DNA from: Candidatus Bathyarchaeia archaeon | GTDB lineage: Archaea; Thermoproteota; Bathyarchaeia; Bathyarchaeales; Bathycorpusculaceae | DNA: 64,000 nt | Direction of reading: 5' to 3' | NCBI GenBank assembly: GCA_042296865.1 | Contig: CP170178.1 | Coordinates: forward strand, 2,446,162 to 2,510,161 | Part shown: piece after piece, positions 57,284 through 64,000 of the stretch | How positions within the stretch are numbered: position 1 is the stretch's first letter | How the letters are laid out: every line of letters begins with the position of its first letter | The notes under the pieces: generated by a model | Databases searched by the model: none | The model's input: the letters and a program-made list of their open reading frames with translations, nothing else | What the model was told of the DNA's origin: nothing | Program-made: the position numbers and the translations under genes

Positions 57284-57937
57284 TTATTGTGGCTTTTTGT
57301 CCGACTTGTACAATCGTTTCTCGTAGCTTGGACGTGGAGCGCCTAAACCGCGGATTGGTTTGCCAGTTTGGCGTTGGCGTTCAAGATTTTTGATTCGAGC
57401 ATACAGCTTGGAGACTTTGGTTTTGGACGGGGGCTTGCGTGCATGGTGCACGGGAACTGGCGTGAAGGGTTGAGTGATTTCAAGTTTTTTGCGTTTCAAC
57501 TTCTGGATTGGAACATCGCGGACTTTTTTGAACCAGACATTGCCTTCTTTAAAGTTTACTTGTTCAACTTCCCAACCGGCTTCAATCCACGCTTTACTCT
57601 GCGCATTGGTGCCCGAGTTGCTCCACCATAAGGGGTCACGGTAAGCAGCCATAGGCAGGTTAGTGCCGATTAAACCGTCAATACGAGCAAAAGAAAGCTT
57701 AACCATACTGGTGAAGGCGCCACGGAACTTGAGGTGACTAGTCAACCCAGCATACTTGGAGCGGGAAATTGGCGCGACGATTCGGCTGGCACAGTGCAGG
57801 CACAGCATGGCGTTTGGGTCGCCCGTCGCTACGTCGGGGGTCATGCAGTCACGGCAGAACATTTTTTTGCAACGTTGGCACTGCCGCATGTACGTTGTTC
57901 GCATAACTCTGCCGCAGATTCCGCATTCATCCTTCAC
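57284..57937 (-). CDS. Protein with N-terminal FYVE-like cross-brace zinc finger (4 CxxC pairs), a W-rich middle domain and a basic tail
   Basis: 217 aa. CGIC-x11-CQRC-x4-CRDC-x14-CLHC. Middle domain LPMAAYRDPLWWSNSGTNAQSKAWIEAGWEV. Lys/Arg-rich C-terminus. Confidence 0.55.
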   Translation of the reverse strand: MKDECGICGRVMRTTYMRQCQRCKKMFCRDCMTPDVATGDPNAMLCLHCASRIVAPISRSKYAGLTSHLKFRGAFTSMVKLSFARIDGLIGTNLPMAAYRDPLWWSNSGTNAQSKAWIEAGWEVEQVNFKEGNVWFKKVRDVPIQKLKRKKLEITQPFTPVPVHHARKPPSKTKVSKLYARIKNLERQRQTGKPIRGLGAPRPSYEKRLYKSDKKPQ

Positions 57938-58012
57938 TTAGCGTCACCGTATAATGGCAAAAGAAGCCGCTTATACAAAACTTCGTTGAAATGGGCATAT
58001 TAATTTTTAGGC

Positions 58013-59545
58013 TTAAAGCTCCGTTTCTTCTGGGGTTTTTTGGTTATTGTTTCTTCTAAATATGAACATGTTGATTGAGCCTCTGATTTCCGCAATTATC
58101 AGCGAAAGTAGCTTGCGTGCCTGCTTATCAATCGCCAAAAGCAGAGCTAAGTAAATGCCGATTCCAACCCCTGTTTTTATAAGCGTCAAAATTAACGTAG
58201 TTGGGTAAGGCGTAAAGTAAAGCGTCAACGCCATAATTAATGAGGCAGAAACGTATTTTGCGATGCTTCTCCATTGGACAGGTATTCTTATTGCTTTATG
58301 CATGTACACATACAGTCCAACAAACGTGGACACGTGAACCCCAATGTTTACAGCTATAACGTAAACAACCGATTCAACAGGACCCGCGGGAACCTGAGTT
58401 AAAACAAGATACACCAGCGGCAAAGAAACCGCAGCCTGAATAAAGGACAGCGAGAAGAATTTGAAGATTTTAGTTTTTAGCAGTTGACGCAGAGGGATTT
58501 TGCCGTCAGCATCAAAGTTTTCAGCACCCATTAGGCAGCTTCCATAAAAGGTGGATACCATAACAATTAGGGTGTCAATTGTCAGCAGGATTAAGGCTGG
58601 CCAAGCAACACTGTAAGCTACATTTAGCACAGTCAAAAACGAAGTTGCCATCACCATGTTTAATGCTGCTAAGGGGATAGCAAACATCATTACCGTTCTA
58701 AACGAGCTGCCAACGTGTTCGTCGCCGCAACTGTTGCTTAACAGTTTAGGATACAAAGCAAACGCTAACGAAGAAGCGTACATGATAATGTTTGTAAACG
58801 TAAACGCTGCCTGGTAGTAAGCGCGGGTTTCAGCGCCTCCAAAAAAATACAGCAAAACCAAAACAAACCCTAACAACTGTGTTCCAGCTGCGTTGTAAGC
58901 AATTAACGTGGAGCCTTTAATCCATTCCCGCAGGTACTCCCAACGAATCTTCTGTTTAAACTCGCCAGCGAAAAGCTTAACATAATAGAACACTTGCACC
59001 AAAACGGAAAGCGTTAAACTTAAAATTGCGCCAAGAAACAGTTGTCCCAATCCAAGGATGATGCCAAACGCTAAAGCAACCTTTACAACTTCTGAGATTA
59101 GCAAGCCATACCCGATTGCTTGAGGCCTATAACTGCGAAGGCAAGCTTCAAGGTTAGTTATTAACGCAGTGTCTAAAATGTACAGTGAAGCAATATAGTA
59201 GATTGGCAGGTACGCTTGTGTTCCTATGGCTTGCGCTACAAAGGTTATAACGGGAAAATAAATCGCTATGGAACCTAACGCGATAAGAAGGTTTGCGATT
59301 GTGCTGGTTTTTACTGCGCCCTCTTTGTCTCTTGCCACAAAACGTGTCGCCCAAAAAGGGATAAAACTGGTAAAAATCAGAAAGTAAGCAGTGTAATCGA
59401 AAATGTTTGTCCATGTACCGTACTGGCTAGGGGTCATTGTTCGGGTTATCAGCAGCGTGTAGGCTAAGCCTGTTATTACGCTTAAGATTTGGGCTGCAAA
59501 AATGATAAAGCCCGAATATTGAAGTCTTAGCTGTTTTTTATCCAT
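58013..59545 (-). CDS. Oligosaccharide/polysaccharide flippase (MOP/Wzx-like)
   Basis: 510 aa, about 14 TM. The N-terminal pattern SGFIIFAAQILSVITGLAYTLLITRTMTPSQYG is typical of polysaccharide biosynthesis proteins. Confidence 0.7.
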   Translation of the reverse strand: MDKKQLRLQYSGFIIFAAQILSVITGLAYTLLITRTMTPSQYGTWTNIFDYTAYFLIFTSFIPFWATRFVARDKEGAVKTSTIANLLIALGSIAIYFPVITFVAQAIGTQAYLPIYYIASLYILDTALITNLEACLRSYRPQAIGYGLLISEVVKVALAFGIILGLGQLFLGAILSLTLSVLVQVFYYVKLFAGEFKQKIRWEYLREWIKGSTLIAYNAAGTQLLGFVLVLLYFFGGAETRAYYQAAFTFTNIIMYASSLAFALYPKLLSNSCGDEHVGSSFRTVMMFAIPLAALNMVMATSFLTVLNVAYSVAWPALILLTIDTLIVMVSTFYGSCLMGAENFDADGKIPLRQLLKTKIFKFFSLSFIQAAVSLPLVYLVLTQVPAGPVESVVYVIAVNIGVHVSTFVGLYVYMHKAIRIPVQWRSIAKYVSASLIMALTLYFTPYPTTLILTLIKTGVGIGIYLALLLAIDKQARKLLSLIIAEIRGSINMFIFRRNNNQKTPEETEL

Positions 59546-59714
59546 CGAGTCACGCTGCTTTTCAAGGCTTGTTTCGAAATTGTCTGCCGCTGCATTAACT
59601 AGTGCTGGTTATAGTGGTTGCTTTTAGGTTGCAGATATATTATTTCCCAAAACTAAACTCCATGGATGACCAATAAATAGAAAAATAAACAGGTTAAAAA
59701 ACAAGAAGAGGTTT

Positions 59715-61196
59715 TTAGCCTTTAACAACTGACAAAGGCACAAGCCGCGCCACTTTAGTAGCTATACCCACTTGGTCACTAACCTCCGCAACCACATCCA
59801 CGTTCTTGTACGCAGGGTCAGCTTCTTCAGCTAGCACCATTGGACTTGCAGCCCTAACAACGATGCCGCGTTTTTCAAGGCCCGTTTTGATTTCTCCGCC
59901 CCAATACTTGCGTTTAGCTGCACTGCGGCTCATCATGCGTCCTGCACCGTGAGCTGTGGAGCCGAAAGTTAAATTCATGGCTTTTTGAGTGCCAACTAAA
60001 ACCCAAGAACTGGTGCCCATGCTGCCGGGAATAAGAACAGGTTGACCTTCACTTCGATAGTCCGTGGGAACGTCTGGGTGCCCTGGCGGGAAAGCGCGCG
60101 TAGCGCCTTTACGGTGAACCCAAACCTTCTTAGTAACGCCGTCGTCAACTTGGTGGTTCTCAATTTTTGCTATGTTATGGGCAACGTCGTAGACAAGTTT
60201 TAAGCCAAGTTTTTCTGGGTCCTGTTTTAGTACCTGAAGGAAGCTTTGACGTACCCAATGCATGATGGCTTGACGGTTAGCAAACGCGTAATTAACTGCA
60301 CATGCCATGGCTTGGTAATAATCGTGGGCTTCCATGCTGGTTCCAGGTGCGCATGCGAGTTCACGGTCTGGAACATCGATTTTGTATTTTTGGATGGCAT
60401 GCTCCATGACGCGTAGGTAGTCGCTGCAGACTTGATGTCCAAAGCCTCGGGAGCCGCAGTGGATCATGATGGTTACTTGTCCTTCATGTGTTATGCCGAA
60501 TGCCTTTGCAGTTTGTGGTTTGAAGATTTTGTCGACTTTTTGGATTTCAAGAAAATGGTTTCCTGAACCAAGTGTTCCGATTTGTGTTAAACCACGTTTT
60601 TTAGCGGTTTCAGAGACCATGTCAGGATTAGCGTTTAACATGCAGCCTTTTTCTTCGCAGTGTTCAGCGTCTTCTTTCCAACCTAAACCCCGTTCAATTA
60701 GAAAGTTTACGCCGTCAACACTTAAACGGTCAAGGTCGCTGTTGCTGAATGTGAAGTCTTTTCTGCGGCTGCCCAATCCTGAGGGAACATTGCGGAAAAT
60801 GGTTTCTGCAAGCTGAGGCAAATGTGGGCGGATGTCTTGTTCGGAAAGGTTTGACGCTAAAAGCCTAACGCCACAGTTTATGTCATATCCGACGCCGCCG
60901 GGGCTGATGACGCCTTCATTGTAGTCGGTTGCGGCTACTCCGCCGATTGGGAACCCGTAGCCTTCATGTCCATCCGGCAAAGTAATCGCGTGCTTGTATA
61001 TGCCGGGTAATTGTGCTACGTTGGCGCATTGCCAAAGGGTTCTGTCGGTTTTCATTTTTTCCAGTAAAGCTTGATTAGCAAAAATCATGCCTGGAACGCG
61101 CATAGCCTGCTTGTACTGTGGAATCTTCCACATGTAATCGTTAACCTTTTCCAGAGGAACACTCTCTGGTGCTGGTCTACCTTCATCTTCGCCCAA
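59715..61196 (-). CDS. rtcB: RNA-splicing ligase RtcB
   Basis: 493 aa. GYDINCG, GSGNHFLE, HCGSRGFGHQ and HGAGR motifs. Length shows no intein. Non-ATG (TTG) start is likely. Confidence 0.9.
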   Translation of the reverse strand: MGEDEGRPAPESVPLEKVNDYMWKIPQYKQAMRVPGMIFANQALLEKMKTDRTLWQCANVAQLPGIYKHAITLPDGHEGYGFPIGGVAATDYNEGVISPGGVGYDINCGVRLLASNLSEQDIRPHLPQLAETIFRNVPSGLGSRRKDFTFSNSDLDRLSVDGVNFLIERGLGWKEDAEHCEEKGCMLNANPDMVSETAKKRGLTQIGTLGSGNHFLEIQKVDKIFKPQTAKAFGITHEGQVTIMIHCGSRGFGHQVCSDYLRVMEHAIQKYKIDVPDRELACAPGTSMEAHDYYQAMACAVNYAFANRQAIMHWVRQSFLQVLKQDPEKLGLKLVYDVAHNIAKIENHQVDDGVTKKVWVHRKGATRAFPPGHPDVPTDYRSEGQPVLIPGSMGTSSWVLVGTQKAMNLTFGSTAHGAGRMMSRSAAKRKYWGGEIKTGLEKRGIVVRAASPMVLAEEADPAYKNVDVVAEVSDQVGIATKVARLVPLSVVKG

Positions 61197-61242
61197 AAAA
61201 TTTCACCAGTTACACAAAAAAGAAGCTGAGATTATAAAACGT

Positions 61243-62166
61243 TTAGGAAGCCTGTTTAGATAGAGTTTTCTTTGCGTACTCCACAAAACCGCATACACTG
61301 TTTTCTATAGCGGTCATAGCGTAAACTTTGTGGCTTTTTAGAAAACTTGAAAGGTCTTTCATAACTGGGTCTTCAGTGAGTACACGTTCGGTTATTTGTT
61401 CAAAGCTTTGGTTCTGTTTAACTGCGTCCTGCACGATAATGTTCCACATTAACAGTTGAGCTTTGTAGCCGCGTAAACGCCTAACTGCTTGGTCTGCTTT
61501 TCCAAAATGACTATAGTAAAGCACGGACGGCTTGAGGTTTATGAGTTTGTCAAGTGAAGCAAGGGAAGATTCCAGATAGAACGGCGGCGGAGTAGTTGGA
61601 GTAACCTGATTAAACTCTGGAAAATAAGTGCCTGCCGCATCACCTGGAAAGATGCCGTTGTTAAAGCTTTCATGAAAACTTAGATTATGCGATGCATGAC
61701 CTAAACTTTCAAAAATGGTTAGTTTGCCGCCGTCGCCAAGCTCAATTACCCCTTCAGTCACTGGTGTTATGCGGTCTTGGGGTACAGGTTCTGGTTTTCC
61801 GAAAACTTCAGCAACAAAGCCAAGCACGGATTGTGATGAGGGCCAAAGCTTTTCTGGATTAACCATGTGAGGTAAACCTTTTGGGTGAACAAGGACTTTA
61901 GCGTTTGGCAAATGCTTAAGCAGAGTTCCCGCGCCGCCGCCATGGTCAAGGTGAATGTGGGTAACTGCAACCGTGTCAACGTCCTCAGGGTTCACTTTTA
62001 GCTCGGCTAAACCACATAGCAGGTTGGGCACAGAGTTGGTTGGTCCTGACTCTATAAGCATTGTTTTTTTGGCGGTTTTTATAACGTAGCTTGCGATTAA
62101 GTTTTTGATGCCGCCTGTTTCAAGGTCAATTTGGTAAAGATTCCTTCCGATCTGTTTAGTATGCAT
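61243..62166 (-). CDS. MBL-fold metallo-hydrolase
   Basis: 307 aa with the THIHLDHGGG motif. Confidence 0.8.
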   Translation of the reverse strand: MHTKQIGRNLYQIDLETGGIKNLIASYVIKTAKKTMLIESGPTNSVPNLLCGLAELKVNPEDVDTVAVTHIHLDHGGGAGTLLKHLPNAKVLVHPKGLPHMVNPEKLWPSSQSVLGFVAEVFGKPEPVPQDRITPVTEGVIELGDGGKLTIFESLGHASHNLSFHESFNNGIFPGDAAGTYFPEFNQVTPTTPPPFYLESSLASLDKLINLKPSVLYYSHFGKADQAVRRLRGYKAQLLMWNIIVQDAVKQNQSFEQITERVLTEDPVMKDLSSFLKSHKVYAMTAIENSVCGFVEYAKKTLSKQAS

Positions 62167-62296
62167 TAGTTTTCCCTAAATGAACTTTAGAAGGTTTAAT
62201 GGGGCATAAACGTTTCCACGTAGAAACTAAGCAACCCAGCTATTAACCGCTGGTTAGAGTGATTAGTAGTCATATTAGCTTAGACATATAAATTAA

Positions 62297-62506
62297 CTAG
62301 TTAGCATGAGTCTTTATCTTTTCGTGGCGCATTTCTGCGTATTTGCCCGTTTCATATCCGCCTATTAGCACAAAAACCAAGAGAAATAATTGGCTAAAAA
62401 GGTTTGAACTGGCAAAGTTGTTGCTGGCTATGCCGACTACACCAAATAGAATTAAGGCTACCCCAACAACAAGGTTTACTGTGCTTGCTTTATGGTAGTT
62501 AGTCAT
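62297..62506 (-). CDS. Small two-TM membrane protein
   Basis: 69-aa ORF with two hydrophobic helices. Confidence 0.4.
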   Translation of the reverse strand: MTNYHKASTVNLVVGVALILFGVVGIASNNFASSNLFSQLFLLVFVLIGGYETGKYAEMRHEKIKTHAN

Positions 62507-62655
62507 TCTATCACACCCTTATGGACTCTTGTTTTCTATCCAGTTAAGTTTTTGGTTTTTTAATTAACACAAAAACAGCGTTCTTATTGCAAAAATTTTG
62601 TGGACAAAAATTTTAGTCAAGAACCTCTAAATTTAATGGTTACCCTTTTAGTGCT

Positions 62656-63594
62656 ATGACCATGCATTCGGCGTACCTTCACAAGATTCTAAGGGATGAA
62701 ACCAGACGCAAGATAGTCCTCCTACTACATGAACAAAGCAGCCTCACATACTCAGACTTACTTGAAGCCCTAAAAACCCAAAACAAAGGCAGCCTAAACT
62801 ACCATCTTAAAGCACTCTCTCCATTACTTGAAAAAGCTGACAGCAATTATAGCCTCAATGAACAGGGCGTTCTTGCTTGGAAAATGCTTCAAGAATTTGC
62901 TTATACCCAAAAATCCCGTTTAGCAACCATAGTTAAGTATGGGCGCAATATTGTCGCAGTAGGGTTAGTGGCGGTTTTCTTCATATCTTACCATCAATAC
63001 CTAAGCACTGTGTGGTTGATTGGTGTTTCAGCTGTTTTGTCAATTGTAACCTTAGCGTTAGTAGTTCTGGTTAAGGTTCAATATGGCAGGTTATCTTCTT
63101 GCCAAAGCACGGACTGCATTGACGTTTCACTGCATGAAACATTAACCGACCCTACAAGACGAAAGATTCTAAGTTTACTAAGGGAAAATGGACCGTTAAA
63201 CTACACTGAACTGATGAATAGAGCAGGCGTCAGCAGCAGCGGACAAATGAACTACCACTTGAAGGCGTTGAGTGATGTGCTCTCGGTGGACGAGAAAGGT
63301 CAATACTCATTAACTGAGAAAGGGGTATTTGCCTACACATCGCAATATAGTCTTAGGAACAGGCGAGGATTGCTTAAGATAAACCCTCTTTGGCAACAAT
63401 GGATTGCCATAGCTTTCGTTTCCGTCTTAATGCTTTTTGCTAGTTTCCTTTTCTACTCACGCGGGACTTTCGATATAGAAACCACGGTTTTGAGTGTGGT
63501 AAATGTTGCTATAGTCTCAAGCTCACTCCTTTACGTTTCAAAGGTAAACGACAACTTAAAACTATACAAAGTTAAGGATACACGGATGGTCTAA
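62656..63594 (+). CDS. Membrane protein with two ArsR-like winged-HTH domains, each followed by TM helices (internal duplication)
   Basis: 312 aa. RRKIVLLLHEQSSLTYSDLLEAL...GSLNYHLKAL and RRKILSLLRENGPLNYTELMNRA...GQMNYHLKAL, each followed by hydrophobic stretches. Confidence 0.6.
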   Translation: MTMHSAYLHKILRDETRRKIVLLLHEQSSLTYSDLLEALKTQNKGSLNYHLKALSPLLEKADSNYSLNEQGVLAWKMLQEFAYTQKSRLATIVKYGRNIVAVGLVAVFFISYHQYLSTVWLIGVSAVLSIVTLALVVLVKVQYGRLSSCQSTDCIDVSLHETLTDPTRRKILSLLRENGPLNYTELMNRAGVSSSGQMNYHLKALSDVLSVDEKGQYSLTEKGVFAYTSQYSLRNRRGLLKINPLWQQWIAIAFVSVLMLFASFLFYSRGTFDIETTVLSVVNVAIVSSSLLYVSKVNDNLKLYKVKDTRMV

Positions 63595-63615
63595 GATAAG
63601 GGTAGTTTGACGGGG

Positions 63616-63975
63616 TTAAAACTTTAGGAGGCTTACTTTCTCAAACTTTTCCCCAAAGACTGATCGGAGAAATGTTATGAATTCTTCTACTTTATAGCTA
63701 CCTGATAATCGGTGAAGATTCCAATGGTATTTTTTATCGTCGCTATATATATCTAAGAAGGCGCCTTTGCCAAATTTTTTTAGTTCCACTTTTTTGATTT
63801 TCTCATAAGTTAGAACGAAGTTGTTTATGTCGGCGCTTAAGAGTTCCTCAACTGAGAGGTCAGCTACACGTTTCTCCTGCTCGATTGATTTATGCCAACC
63901 ATATACCATATCACCCGCTCCATAACCCATCTGGAGACCTGTCGCAGTTCGGATTGCAAGGACTTTATCGCTCAT
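63616..63975 (-). CDS. Hypothetical protein
   Basis: 119-aa ORF. No family recognised. Confidence 0.4.
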   Translation of the reverse strand: MSDKVLAIRTATGLQMGYGAGDMVYGWHKSIEQEKRVADLSVEELLSADINNFVLTYEKIKKVELKKFGKGAFLDIYSDDKKYHWNLHRLSGSYKVEEFITFLRSVFGEKFEKVSLLKF

Positions 63976-64000
63976 GAAGTAGAGCGCTTCATAAACTTGA

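Noticed and set aside
59715-61196. Checked RtcB, and also carB, thrC and TFB, for inteins or insertions.
   Set aside because: Lengths and motif spacing are canonical, and no Hint/endonuclease blocks are seen.
1-64000. Looked for CRISPR arrays, rRNA, SRP/RNase P RNA signatures, transposases, integrases, reverse transcriptases and known defence-system ATPases or nucleases.
   Set aside because: None was recognised by eye. Structured RNAs other than the tRNA cannot be excluded without covariance-model searches.

Overview
Archaeal chromosomal segment. Evidence: TFB, Alba, the L7Ae/S28e/L24e operon, L40e, Gar1, RtcB, an archaeal-type AspRS, and oligo-T terminators. Some starts have GGTGA/GAGG-type Shine-Dalgarno sites and others look leaderless. 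Lineage cannot be fixed without a search; gene content (DapL lysine pathway, COG1900-type homocysteine synthesis) fits an uncultured anaerobe such as Bathyarchaeia or a methanogen-related group. Coding density is high, with many 1-, 4- and 8-nt gene overlaps. Layout: (i) 1-3 kb holds a small accessory patch: PT-linker surface protein, DUF3786, VapBC, DUF123/GIY-YIG. (ii) 3-43.4 kb is core metabolism dominated by aspartate-derived pathways: thrB-thrC-hom-lysC, argG-argH-carA-carB, sulfide-dependent homocysteine genes, dapA-dapB-asd-lysA-dapF-dapL and aspS. Information-processing genes are interleaved. (iii) 43.5-57.3 kb is an accessory island of secreted or membrane-anchored proteins. It contains NosD-like beta-helix paralogues, Ig-like paralogues, PE[FIVA]-TM-basic C-terminal sorting-like signals and one tRNA-Gly(UCC). 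(iv) 57-64 kb is mixed: FYVE-like zinc-finger protein, flippase, RtcB, MBL hydrolase, duplicated wHTH membrane protein. I saw no rRNA, CRISPR array, transposase, integrase or reverse transcriptase. The two leads I rate highest are a translationally coupled pair (surface-tethered CxxCH protein plus a 131-aa minimal CcsA-like heme-handling protein, 45580-46778) and a five-copy intergenic repeat family with an invariant ACCTACCCCCCTTAGG hairpin core. All family calls come from motif recognition by eye, not database searches.
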